DNA from: Somniosus microcephalus
Taxonomy: Eukaryota
Direction of reading: 5' to 3'
NCBI GenBank assembly: GCA_052327205.1
Contig: CM126223.1
Location: 66,712,001-66,776,000 of the forward strand
Length of the DNA stretch: 64,000 bases
Shown: positions 11,960 through 24,970 of the stretch, one piece after another
Numbering within the stretch: the first letter of the stretch is position 1
Layout: the number at the start of each line of letters is the position of its first letter
Notes under the pieces: generated by a model
Told to the model about the DNA's origin: nothing
The model's input: the letters and a program-made list of their open reading frames with translations, nothing else
The model's database searches: none
Made by a program: the position numbers and the translations under genes

Positions 11960-12850
11960 GAATCAGAATGATACAACACAGAAGGAGACCATTCTGCCCA
12001 TCATCCCTGCTCTTTGAAAGAGCTATCCAATTAGTCCCATTCCCTTGCCCTTTCCCCATAGTCCTGCAAATTTTTCCCCTTCAAGTTCAAGTATTAATCC
12101 AAATCCATTTTGAAAGTTATTACTGAATCTGCTTCCACCCCCCTTTCAGGCAGTGCATTCCAAATCACAACGTGCTGCGTAAAAAGATTTCTCCTGACCT
12201 CTGGTTCATTTGCCAATTATCTTAAATCATTATCCTCTGGTTATCAACCTTTCTGCCACTGGAAACAGTTTTTTCCTTATATACTCTTATCAAAACCCTT
12301 CATGATTTTGAACATTTCCATTAAATCTCTCCTTAACCTGCTCTGCTCTAAGGAGAACAACCTCAGCTTCTCTAGTCTCTCCAAGTAACTGAAGTCCCTC
12401 ATCCCTGGTACCATTCTAGTAAATCTCCTCTGCACCCTCTCTAAGACCTTGACATCCTTCCTAAAGTGTGTAGTGCCCAGAATTTGACACACTACTCCAG
12501 CTGTGGCCTAACCAGTGATTTAGAAAAGTTTAGCACAACTCCCTCGCTTTTGTACTCTATGCCTTTGTTTATAAAACCAAGGATCCCGTATGCTTTTTTA
12601 ACAGCCTTCTCAACGTGACCTGCCACCTTCAAAGATTTGTGTACATACACCGCCAGGTCTCTGTTCCTGCATCCCCTTTAAAATTGGACTATTTAGTTTA
12701 TATTGCCTCTCCTTATTGTTCTTACGAAAATGCATCGCTTCACACATCTGTGTTAAATTGCATCTGCCATGTGTCGGCCCAGTTCACCAGTCTGTCTGTT
12801 TCCTCTTGAAGTCTGTTACTATCCTCCTCATTGTTTACTACATTTCTGAG
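11960..12850 (-). mobile_element. CR1 LINE 3' fragment
   Basis: Minus ORF KDVKVLERVQRRFTRMVPGMRDFSYLERLEKLRLFSLEQ...MFKIMKGFD plus CR1 3' tail. Confidence 0.9.
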
Positions 12851-14449
12851 TAATTAATGTAGCAAACCTAAATCTTTTGCAAATGCGCACAGGCCTTCTT
12901 GTAACGCTGATGCCATTTAATTCCTGTGGCCAAAGGGACATATTTTATCATTGTGCACACACTTTTTTCCAGCAGATGGTTTTATTTAATTTTGAATTTC
13001 AAAAATTGTTTATTCCTGTAAGTCAAATTACAATCATGATTGCCAAAACTGCATCTTGACTACAAAAACTATGTTTTTATATTAATAAAAAACAGACTCT
13101 GCTGTATATTCTTTAGGCATGTTTTGCCTGAAAAATTGTGTACAGAGTTGTTTACTCAAACTGCACTTGTTTATCAATCCTTGCCGAATGGATTAGAAGA
13201 AACACGTGCAATTGTGACAGATTAAAATAGCAGTTAAGAGCGTGGATTCATGTGTTGAAGTCCACTTAACTCCGCTCTGTGAAAATACAGCATTGTTGCA
13301 ATTTAAAAAAAAAAAAAAAATCTTCCTGGTATTTTTGGAATTCTTATTAAAGACAGGTGGTTTTTCAAATTCTATTTAGAGTAGATCTATTGTTGTCTGA
13401 AATGAAGTTATAATACACAATTTCATGGAATCTTGAACAGAAACAAGGCATTATGTTAAAATATTATGCTCTCTCTGGGCTCCTAGAAGAATAGTTTGGA
13501 GGCTAGTTTAAGTAAAGGCTAAACTGTTGATTTGTAGAGATGTACTACACAGGAAGTTGGGCACTCTTGCAATAGTATATGAGTTATATTTAATAGTTCA
13601 TTTCAAAAGCCCTTGGCAGTTCTGATGTTTGAGCTCTCTTCAGCTTCTGGAAAAGTTTTAGGTTAGCTTTTGTAGGTTTTCTAGCTTAGTGTTTAAAAAC
13701 CCTTTAGAAAGTATGAAAACTAAAATCTGTGCAATACTTCAGACATATCAAGTCTGCTTCTAACTTCTTTATGACAAACAGCTAGATTATAGATACATTG
13801 CACATTTAATTTTTGTTATTTATATTCATTAAATAACTCAAATTATTTTTAATATTCAAAATTTTTTGATAGTTTTCTTGATTCATACTTGGATGCAAGT
13901 TCTCCTGATCAGTGACTTATTAGTAAAAATGAAACAGTTTGTGGCTTTTCAAATACAAAAAAGCCTAGCATTGAGTACAGATGATGTGTAACATTTAAAG
14001 CAATTTGCTGAACAACTTTTCTATATAAATGCAAGTTTTTTCTTCTTCTGGAAAAGTAAGAGTTTGAAATGCTGGTACTAGAGTAACACCCAGTTTATAG
14101 TAACAACTAGGATCTAACTGATGCAGAAACGGAGTTAATGTTTCTTCTATTTGTAATTATGAACCAAAAATCCAATGAAGCAAAAAAAATCAACGAACCA
14201 TCCCTTTGGGTGTTGAAAACTTGCTTAATATTGACTTGACTTATTCTCCACTATAAACTCTGGCAGACTGTATCCTAAACTGCATTTGAAGGTTTTTTCT
14301 GTCCCTTGCAGACTTCTTTGGGATCTGTCTCTTGTTTGCATGAATCAAAAATTGCCCACTTGAGGAAAATAGTTTTAAAAATTGCATATGCATCAACACA
14401 CTGTAAATTCACATTAAAAAAAAAAGTGTTTCATATGAACTGGAGCATT

Positions 14450-14870
14450 TCCCAGGTTTGCCTCCAATAGCACTGAAACAGCCCGAACCATAATCACGAA
14501 CGGCAGTTTCTGTGACTGACCATGCTGCATTATCTCTCCTTGTCATCCTCGACCTCTCTCTACAGCCATTGACATGGTTGACCACGCCATTCTCCTCCAC
14601 GCCTCACCCCCATGACCCTCCCCAGAGCATCTCTAGTGATGACTACTCCTCCTTACCTGCACCGTCACCTCGGAAATCTCCCAAAGGTCCATACTTGGGC
14701 TCCCTCTTTGTTATCCACATGTTTCCCCTTGGTGACATCTGCAGAAATGGGGCCAGCTTCCGCGTATATTCTGATACTGAGCTCTACCTCTCCACCACGT
14801 TTCTCGACCTCCTACACTGTCTTTGTGCTGTTAGATTGCTTGTCCGGCATCCAGTCACAGATGAGCCATA
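14450..14870 (+). mobile_element. Degraded L2 RT fragment
   Basis: SLLVILDLS..., KGPYLGSLFVIHMFPLGDI...VYSDTELYLSTT (decayed YADDTQLY). Confidence 0.75.
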
Positions 14871-16301
14871 ATTTCACAAAGAAGGGCGATGGTGAATTGA
14901 ATCAGCTCTTAACATGATTTCAGACACAAAGTCCTGGAGAGGCCTCTGAGCTTAATGTTGCTAGAGAAATGCCAAGATTCAGTCACTTTTAAGTTTTCAA
15001 GTCAACACATTAAAGCTGTTCCAAACATTTTTTGCCTGTTGGGTTATTTTTGTTCCAACCTCTCATTGTCCAAGGAGAGAATGTGGTCCTGTGAGGAAAC
15101 TCCAATTCTGTATTGAAATGTGTTGACATCCATATTTAGTCTAGCCGATGAGCCATGTGTGCTGGTTTCCTGATGTGTGTTGCATTTTTGTTTTGTAAAA
15201 TAAGAATTGAGGAATACCACTTATGAACATTGAATTAAATCCTGATTCAACGAAGAATCCTTCAAGTTAAGTAACGACTGCTCGATTAGTTATTTACCAT
15301 TTGCGAGGTGCTGTGGAAAAACTCTCTCTGGTCTGGATTATCTGTCTGTGATAGAAACTCTAGCTCTCCAATATAGTTAATTGATAAGTTTATCATTTTT
15401 ACTGTAATGAGAATAGTATTCTTTAGGACTAAGTGCTTTCAGTCTAAAGTACTCTCCCATTTCCACCCCCCCCTTCCACAAAATGCTTTAATATTCTTAA
15501 TGTTTCCTACTTCATAGAAGCTATTCTCATATGACCAGTCAAAAGCTGCCTCCAGGATAACCTGTTCTATTCGGTTTCCTGGCTAGAAGGGGTCTACTTG
15601 GCTGACTGTGTGGCGGGCATTTATTATGTTGAGAAATATGAGGTTCTTCAAAATCATGGATGGAATAGGGAAGAAAGGAAAATTAGGTGACTGAACCCCG
15701 GCACAATTTACATAAGGTGGCTACGGAGCATTGGGGAATGATTGTTTATTGGCAGGGTGTTGAGCAAGAAGCAAGTTTGTATAAACAGATTCTGCATGTA
15801 TAGTTTCAAGCTTTTTAAAAACAAAATACAAAAACTCCTCAATTATGCATATATTGTTTGAAAAGCTGAAAATGAAACTGCTATTCTTCCTTTTTCTCTT
15901 TTTTATATATTTGTATGGTGAGGATGTGGGTTTGCCTTTTGTGGTTTCAGATAATGAAATCTGTGCTCTGTGCAGAGTTGAGTGTCCCTTCAGATTCAGA
16001 TGTGGTTATTGGATCTCTTTTTGTGGGCTTTTAAAACTATCCTGTTCCATTGTATAATTCCTCATTGTTCATTGCGCATTGTCTTTTTTTTCCCTAATTT
16101 ATAGCACAGCAACAAATTTCTGACTAAAAAATATACAATCATTTTCTTCAGTAAATTCTCAAGATTAGCAATAGTATATATACTTGATTCTCGTTTGCAA
16201 TTCCAGTATATAGGCAATATTTCTTTCTCTCTTTCCAGTTTACTGAAAAGAGACTCAGAATAGCCCAAAGCACTGTACTATACCACAATGCACGAGGAGG
16301 T

Positions 16302-16634
16302 ATCACAGAATCACAGAAACCCCACAGTGCAGATAGAGGCCATTTCGGCCCATCGAGCCTGCACCGACACATATCCCACCCGATCCCCGTAACTCCTACA
16401 CCAACACATATCCCACCCTATTCCCGTAACCCCACGTATTTAATCCCCCTAACACTAAGGGTCAATTTATCATAGCCAATCAACCTAACCCGCACATCTT
16501 TGGACTGTGGGAGGAAACCGGAGCACCCGGAGGAAACCCACGCAAACACGGGGAGAATGTGCAAACTCCACACAGACAGTCACCCGAGGCCGGATTCGAA
16601 CCTGGGTCCCTGGCGCTGTGAGGCAACAGTGCTA
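16302..16634 (-). mobile_element. V-SINE (HE1-like shark SINE) with CR1-derived tail
   Basis: Reverse complement of the 19432-19790 copy; V-domain TGTGTGGAGTTTGCACATTCTCCCCGTG; (TTCTGTGA)n tail. Confidence 0.9.
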
Positions 16635-16983
16635 TTAGATCATGCTATTCAAAAATTTCAGTTACTAGTCCGCGTACATTTGTACACAGGCTGTTAACTT
16701 TCAGTTCTTGATGTGGACTTGTACATGACAATTTTCCGGTTATTCAGACCAGCTTTTATGTGGAGAAATATATTTTAATTAGTATTGAATATTGCTTCAA
16801 GGCATAGTATAGTATTTGACAAAATATTGGTTTAATGTCCAGCAATCAAAAAGACCCGTTTTATCACTAATTTTTGACCGTCTTAAAACCGTGAAACATA
16901 TCTTGCTTCACCAGTATTCTATTAATTCAGCAATTTTTCCTGAAAGTTTAAATGATAAGTAAAGCATTTTAGAGAGATATGAA

Positions 16984-17805
16984 GGGGTCGATTTTCAGTG
17001 TGCCGTGAGGCGGGCTTTTAGGTGTGTGGGGGGCTAAAATCCCGAATTCAGGGGTCCCGACACCATCCCGTCCAAAACCCCCCAAAAAAGGAGGCGGGTA
17101 CCCGCCCCGCACTGGGACCCGCTGACCCGAGGCGGGAAGGGATTAGTGCCAATTAACTGGTAGTTAACGGGCAGTTTTTAGCCTAATCCCTATTTTGAAG
17201 GTTGCCGTGTGGGATTCCCGACGGCTCCAAACCACGCCAGGTTAGAGGAGTCGGGCCGTCGGGTTGAAGGACTTGGAGGGGTCGAGATGCCGGTGTTCAG
17301 GCGAGTGATGGGTGCATGAGTGCAAAGGTAAGTGTGTTTGGTGTGTCTAAAGTGTGTAAAGTAGTTTAAATTACCTGTATTTACCTTTACAGCCTTCCTT
17401 CCTCTAGGCTTCGGGAGTCATCATTCAGCCGGCACAGAAAGCAGAATGACCGCGAGCTGTCAAAAGTGACAGCCTGCAGCTTTCAGTGCCGGCGAGATTT
17501 CTAACTGAGTCTGCGTAGAAGGACTCAGGTTAGAAGTAAGACTGTCTGTCAGTGTTTGACAGCTTCAAACAGCTGTGAAACACTGATATTTCATCTGTCA
17601 ACACGTCTTGACAGATGAAATTTCAGTCTGTGACGTCACCTGTTGCCGGGTGGCCCTTAATTGGCCTGCTAAGCCCGCTGAGCGGGCTCAACAAGGTCAA
17701 TCAAGTGAAAATTGCGTGGATTGGCCGCATCTCGATGGAGGCGGGACTACATCCCGAAAGTTGTAGTCCCGCCTCCTTCCCGACTTCTGAATGAAAATCC
17801 AGCCC
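16984..17805. mobile_element. GC-rich multi-hairpin MITE
   Basis: GAA on both flanks; 14-bp imperfect TIR GGGGTCGATTTTCA / TGAAAATCCAGCCC; at least five internal hairpins. Confidence 0.8.
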
Positions 17806-17986
17806 GAAGTATCTGATAATACACTACAACCATTATAAATTGAAAATGGTGGGCAGTCTCAGAATTCCAAAGGTACTGTGCCAGTAGGTGATGATAGCAA
17901 CACAATGTGATGTAACAAATTGAAAACCATGGAACACCATCTAATGTTGCATGACAGTCCCAAGCGGTACCTTAAATGAGCATCAT

Positions 17987-18112
17987 GGCCCTGAGTTTCC
18001 TTCGACTTTCTACTGCCACGCCAGTGTAACTTCGTCAGAAGTGTGAGGTAAACGGGGTTTCTACCGCACTTATGATGAAGTTACAGCAGCACAGGGGCGG
18101 AAATTTTGGACC
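17987..18112. mobile_element. Short fold-back MITE
   Basis: CAT on both flanks; TIR GGCCCTGAGTTTCC / GGAAATTTTGGACC; body forms one imperfect palindrome. Confidence 0.7.
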
Positions 18113-19145
18113 CATGTATTTGTCTTTCGAAATAAGTAGCAATTGTGGACTCCTAAGTATTGTGTTACGTCAGTAAAGTAGACGTTATTTGAATGTAATC
18201 AAAAGCCTAAACAGTTTTTGAAAATAACTAGCGGGGAAACCTGAAGGTGAGGAGGAGCAGGAAAGTGAGGAAAGACCAAAATCTAAGGATGGTGAAGTAT
18301 GAAATTTCCCTAAGCAAAATTAATTTTGGAAATCTGAGGCTTGATAGTGGCAGAGAGAGGGTCGTCGAGGAACTTTGGTGGTTATATTAAAGTATTAGTG
18401 CAACAATCCCCCCGCCACCGCTCCTTGCTAAGCAGGTTTGCATAAGAAACAAAATGCCTGACCTACGCAACTCAAACAGAAAGCGTAAGAAATAAACAGC
18501 AAAGCAGGGAAAGGAGCAACATCCAGAAACTGAAAAACGTATGTAGTGAAAGTTCTCATAGCAAAGTAAAGACTGAAATTCCGTGGCAGCTGAAAGTCTG
18601 TGGGGGAAATTGGCGTGAATCAACTCCCTGTCCCCACTCCCACTGAGCAGCACCCCACATTAAGCAAGATGCCCACGCATCTCAAACAGAAAATTGAGCA
18701 ATATCCAAAATCTGTGAAAGGCGAGGAGTATAGCAGAAGAAACCTCAAGTCTGAAGGCTTGTAGTGGCATGAAGTGTCTTTTCTTTCTCTTGTTCTCTCT
18801 CCCTCACTCTCTTTCCTTTCTCCCCTGTCGTCTAATCATACTGGACCTGAATTCTGCAATTGGTCTTGAATACCTGTGTGCCGAGGACAGGAAATCATCT
18901 AATTATGAAAAAGTAATTGTCTACAAGTCTTGTGCTACTGTATCCTGCTTTTTTGTTTGCATTATAACAATAGTTTGTAATTTAATCATTGATTAAAAGG
19001 CTTCTTCAAATCAAGCTTTCTGTAAACTGAATTCTCCCTCCACGTTTCGGAATCCATTTCTTTTTCTTTCCCCTGTAAAACACATTTAGAAGTTTTTCTG
19101 CATTAAAGGTGCTATATAAATGCAAGTTGTAGACCACTTTCTTTT

Positions 19146-21455
19146 TAAGAACATAAGAACATAAGAAATAGGAGCAGGAGTAGGCCAATCGGCCCCTTGA
19201 GCCTGCTCTGCCATTCAATAAGATCATGGCTGATCTGATCCTAACCGCCAATCTACTATCACAGAACCATCTCCTGAATCTAACAGAATTAGACACATGA
19301 AATAGGAGCAGGATCAGGCTACACGGCCCCTGGGCCCGCTCCGCTACCCACAGGGCCATGTCCGATCCGAACCTAGACTCATGTCCAAATTCCTGCCCGC
19401 TCCCCGTAACCCTTAATTCCCTTTACTTCTAGGCATGGTGGCATAGTGGTTAGCACTGTTGCCTCACAGCGCCAGGGACCCGGGTTCGAATCCGGCCTCG
19501 GGTGACTGTCTGTGTGGAGTTTGCACATTCTCCCCGTGTTTGCGTGGGTTTTCTCCGGGTGCTCCGGTTTCCTCCCACAGTCCAAAGATGTGCAGGTTAG
19601 GTTGATTGGCTATGATAAATTGACCCTTAGTGTTAGGGGGATTAAATACGTGGGGTTACGGGGATAGGGTGGGATATGTGTTGGTGTAGGAGTTACAGGG
19701 ATCGGGTGGGATATGTGTCGGTGCAGGCTCGATGGGCCAAAATGGCCTCTATCTGCACTGTGGGGTTTCTGTGATTCTGTGATTCTGTGAAACTGTCTAT
19801 TTCTGTTTTTAAATTTATGTAATGATGTAGCTTCTACAGCTTTTTGGGGCAGCATATTCCATGGACCTACCACCCTCTGAGTGAAGTAGTTCCTCCTCAT
19901 CTCAGTTTTGAAAGAGCAGCCCCTTATTCTAAGACTATGCCCCCTAGTTCTAGTTTCACCCATCATTGGGAACATCCTCCCCGCATCCACCCGATCCAAC
20001 CCCTTCACAATCTTATATGTTTCAATAAGATCGCCTCTCATTCTTCTGAACTCCAATGAGTAGAGTCCCAATCTACTCAACCTCTCTTCATATGTCCATT
20101 CCCCTCATCCCCGGGATTAACCGAGTAAACCTTCTTTGTACTGACTCGAGAGCAAGTATGTCTTTTCTTAAGTATGGACACCAAAACTGTATGCAGTATT
20201 CCAGGTGCGGTCTCACCAATACCTTGTACAACTGAAGCAATACCTCCCTATTTTTATCTTCTATCCCCCTAGCAATGAAAGCCAACATTCCATTGGCCTT
20301 CTTAATCACTTGCTGCACCTGCATACTAACCTTTTGAGTTTCGTGCGCCAGGACCCCCAGATCCCTTTGTACTTCAGTACTTTCCAGTTTTTTGCCATTA
20401 AGATAATAACTTGCTTTACGATTTTTCCTGCCAAAGTGCATAACCTCACACTTTCCAGTATTGTATTCCATCTGCCAAATCTCTGCCCACTTATTTAGCC
20501 TGTCTATGTCCCCTTGCAGGTTTTTTATGTCCTCCTCACTCACTACTTTCCCTCCCATCTTAGTATCACCTGCAAACTTTGATATGTTACACTCGGTCCC
20601 CTCCTCCAAATCATTAATATAGATTGTAAAGAGTTGGGGACCCAGCACTGACCCCTGCGGAACACCACTAGTTACTGATTGCCAGTCTGAGAATGAACCA
20701 TTTATCCCAACTCTCTGCCTTCTGTTAGATAGCCAATCCTCTATCCATGCCAGAATATTACCTCCAATCCTGTGATTTTTTATCTTAAGCAATAATCTTT
20801 TGTGTGGCACCTTGTCAAATGCCTTTTGGAAGTCTAAATACACTACGTCCACTGGTTCCCCTTTATCCACCCTATATGTAACTTCCTCAAAGAACTCCAG
20901 CAGATTTGTCAAACATGACTTACCCTTCATAAAACCATGCTGACTTTGTCCCATAAAACCATGCTGACTTTGTCCTATTAAATTATGATTATCCAAATGT
21001 CCTGTTGCTGTCTCCGTAATAATGGACTCCAAAATTTTACCTACCACAGATGTTAGGCTAACCGGTCTATAGTTTCCAGCCTTCTGTCTACTGCCCTTTT
21101 TAAATAAGGGTGTTACATTAGCAGTTTTCCAGTCTGCCGGGACCTTTGCTGAGTCCAGGGAGTTTTGGAAAATTATTACCAATGCATCCACAATCCCTAC
21201 CGCCACTTCCCTCAAGACCCAGGATGTAAGCCATCCGGTCCAGGTGATTTATCCACCTTGAGTCCCATTATTTTACCGAGTACCACTTCCTTAGTGATTT
21301 TGATCGTGTTTAGCTCCTCCCCCCCCCCCCCCCCCCCCCCCCCATAGCCCCCTGTTTGTCCAGTGTTGGGATATTCTTAGTGTCCTCTACTGTAAAGACT
21401 GATACAAAATATTCATTCAGTGTTTTTGCCATCTCCATATTTCCCACCATTAATT
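19146..21455 (-). mobile_element. CR1 (HER1-like) LINE, 5'-truncated, RT region 20088-21215, inactive
   Basis: NYRPVSLTS, QHGFMKGKSCLTNL, YLDFQKAFDKVPH, GVPQGSVLGP; FADD mutated to FAGD; frameshift near 20085; (TTCTTATG)n tail at 19146-19165; V-SINE inserted. Confidence 0.95.
19432..19790 (+). mobile_element. V-SINE (HE1-like), near full length, nested in CR1
   Basis: tRNA head with A box TGGCATAGTGG and B box GGTTCGAATCC; V-domain; CR1-like tail ending (TTCTGTGA)3. Confidence 0.92.
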
Positions 21456-22054
21456 TCCCGGACCCCTCCTCTTAAAACCACTATCACCACAATAATGCTT
21501 GATGCTTCAGTTCTCTTAAGCTGCTGCCCTCTCTCTCTCTCTCTCTCCCCAAGGTCCTTGAATGAACCATTGCCTTGCTACAGCTCACTCATTTCCAACC
21601 ACTTGCTATTTGAGTCTCTCCAGTCTGACTTTGGACCAGTTTGCAGGACCAAGACCATTTTGTTTAAAATACTGAACAACAGACAAAGAATATCGTCTGC
21701 TGTGGACAAGATGGTGGTGTTGTAGTGTCATTTTCCATGCAGGCTGTATTTGGTTGTTGCAGGAATTGAAACTGCCTCATGGCTCTCTAAGGATTGCCTT
21801 CTTTAAATTTATGGAGGAAATTAACTTAAAAATCTTCCAGTATTTTGAAAAATGCTATTATAAAGTTACATGTGTTTGCACAGCCTTTCTTAAGTTAATT
21901 TAATTTGAGCTGCACCCCACTATTCTCTTTTCTCCATCCTACTTTTTGTCCTCTGATCTTCTGTAAAGCACCTTGCGATGTTTGTTACATTAAAGGCACT
22001 ACATAAGTGTAAGTTGCAACTATTTCCTTACCTTTTTTGCAAAAAGAGGATTTT

Positions 22055-22330
22055 TGTATTCATTCACAGGATGTGGTGTTGCTGGTAAGGCCAGCATTTA
22101 TTGCCCATCCCTAATTGCCCTTGAGAAGGTGGTGGTGAGCCGCTGCCTTAAATTGCTGCAGTCCGTGTGGTGAAGGTACTCCCATAGTGCTGTTGGGTAA
22201 GGAGTTCCAGGATTTTGACCTAGCGACTATGAAGGAACGACGGTATATTTCCAAGTCAGGATGGTGTGTAACTTGGAGGTGGTGGTGTTTCCATGCGCCT
22301 GCTGCCCTTGTCCTTCTAGGTGGTAGAGGA
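22055..22330 (-). mobile_element. CR1-group LINE 3' end, same family as 33852-34290
   Basis: Reverse complement of the 3' part of 33852-34290. Confidence 0.8.
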
Positions 22331-24633
22331 TTAATATGTGAAAAAATAATTTTGTTTCAGATATAGAACAATTGAAAAGATAGCGTTGTGACAAAATATG
22401 TTTAACTGGAGCCTTCTGTGATCCATAGATCACAGTTGCAGATGAATGTAGTTTCCAAACAAAACTCATCAAACTTAGTCAATTAAAGTGATTTAAATGT
22501 TATTTATTTATTGGAGTCCTGATATGCTTGGGAATTCTTGTCTCTTTTTGGGAAGATGTGCACTGTAGCACAATGTAGGTCAGAGATGGCGTTTGGTGTT
22601 GGGAGGCTTTGGAACATGGGGGAATCATCTAGCTTGACAGGGATTGTGACATGGGGTCAGGGCGAAGTGTAGAGAGTCCAGGACGCTCTGAAGCATGGTG
22701 CAAAACTTTTGGGGGGTGGGGGAGGAAGAATTGCTGGAAACAACTTTGTGTTATGTTTTTTAAATGTGTCGTCTGATAGCTTTTTAAGAGTGTATAGAGA
22801 AACTAGAGGAACTATCCTGACTTTTGTTGGATTTTTTTTCTCTAGAAATGTGACTGGGCAGAATTATTTAGTGGAATGTGATGAAGAAAATTGAAATTGT
22901 GTAGTAAGGCTCTGCATAATATGATTTGAATAACCAATTAGAAAAAGGCTCAGACATTAAACAGTTAATGAGGAAGAAAAATTGACTCATGATGTATGTA
23001 AGAAATTTTATAAAGATGTATTTTAAATTTTGCTGATTAGTAAAATTGAAATAATGGTGGGCAATCAACCATGCCAAACTACTTTGTTTATAAAATTGAA
23101 TGAAGGGTGCAAGAGGATTTGTACTGCATCAATATGTAATACTGTAACATGGTGTAGAAGTAACTTTTTACATGCAGAATTAATTGCACCATTAAGGCTT
23201 ATGACTACTGGATCATACTAAACAATTAAAAAGGGAATGATTTGAAATTCCAAATTATTTTTAATGTGCAGTGGTGACCCTGCTTAATATTTTTCATAGT
23301 TTCCAAATGAGCCCTTTGTGTACAACAGCTTTTAATAGAGAAGAGCTATAACTCCTGGTTATTTTGGAAGTGATCTCATCCAGACAGGAAATGTAGAGGC
23401 CAGCGTGCGTTAGGGCAAGTGAATGGCTTCCTGACCTCCGCTGCTTCCAGGGCTGTGCAGCAGTTTGCTCGTGCTGCGAGTGTAAAGTTTGCCAGCACTA
23501 GCCGTTCAGTTGTTTGGTTGCATGCTTTTCAATGTGAGGCCAACAATTGGGTTAGGTTGCTGAGTTTATGGGAAAATTGTACTTGCTGTGAGGCTTTATT
23601 GATTAAGAGCTATGCTGCTGTACTCTGAATTCTCTTGATTTGCTTATCTGATTATAAACCCACAGCATGGCTAATTGTAGCATACTGTGATACAGTATGT
23701 ACCACCTTTTTAATGTAATCAATAAGATTTTGTGCACTTCCTTGTCGCCTTCACAGCCCTGCCAAAAGTTTTGCCTTTCCTTTTCAGTTTTATTTGGTTT
23801 GAAGACCAGTTGCTACCATGCTTTTTGTCCTAGGTAAAAAGGTAGAATGGATTACCTACACGACTAGAATAGATCATCTCTACATGGCACTTGAATGGAG
23901 CTTGCTAAACAGCAGCATTTCACTGGTGTCCCATTTAGCCACCTGATTGAAAAGCTATAAAAAATACTTGAGAGGCTTGCAGAACTCAGATATGAACTTG
24001 AAAATGACCAGTTAAGTGTTTGCCATTGAGTTACCACAAAGTGATCGTCAAATGAAAAACATGAAAACAGTGGTGTTCAACCTCACAAAAGTGAACTTGA
24101 AGCTTGGCAGTGATGTGCTGATAGCTTTCTAAAACCCTAATTTAACTAAGATTTTGCAGAAGCAAATTGACTATGTAGTGAGCTCTGGAATGAGTATTGC
24201 TTTTATTAAGATGCTGGTATCCGACTGGTATATCCTGGTAGAAAAGCATTCACCTTCCATATCTTGTAGCTGTTAGTGTGCTAAAGGTACTATTACAGTG
24301 TGAATGCTGCAAGGATATGAAGAGTCTGGCTTTGATCATCCCAGATACCTCAGTTAGTATACAGATGTGTGTATATATCTATAAATAATATTGGACTGTC
24401 CCATTCATGACTCTCCCAGGGAGAGTTCAAAGCAAGATTTCTGATCCACAACTGTCTCTAACCAGCAATTTTAACATAATATGCTAACAAGATCTTTACT
24501 GTGTTCAAATAACTTCATTTTGTTAGCAGGTTAAAAGCATAAAACACAGTAAAGACACTTGTGCACAGTTGTGTCCTTATAATGTTTAGGCTGAATAATT
24601 GTACTGTGGTATAAATCTTTTAAGAAGCAACTA

Positions 24634-24970
24634 CAGGAAACTTTGTGCTATCCGGCACCGACGGGACCGAGCTGTTGCCGTTCCCTCAAAACTGCCGGAC
24701 ACTCCAGCGTTAATGTTGAAGCATACGGAGCTTTTCATCTCCGTATCTGACAACAAACAGTGTTGCTTAGCAACAGCTGCTAAACAGTTGGCCCGTACCT
24801 TGGAAGCCTCTCTCTGAAGCTGTTGCTAAGCTACAGAGACTTTGCAGAGCCTGACTGTTGGGGAAAAAAAAGCCACGAGAAGAAAAAAAACCTAACAAAA
24901 CGGCTCCTGATTTTTGCCGGTGGCTCGAGCTTGCCGAACATTTAGCCTCCGGATAACACAAAGTTTCCTG
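24634..24970. mobile_element. Tc1/mariner (pogo/Tigger-like) MITE, copy 1
   Basis: TA on both flanks; ~22-bp TIR CAGGAAACTTTGTGCTATCCGG / CCGGATAACACAAAGTTTCCTG. Confidence 0.9.

Noticed and set aside
16500-19585. Duplicated small ORF MDCGRKPEHPE...
   Set aside because: Antisense translation of the V-SINE
7010-21345. Poly-C/G tracts (7010-7085, 21318-21343) as G-quadruplex elements
   Set aside because: Expanded homopolymers inside CR1 copies; no evidence of function
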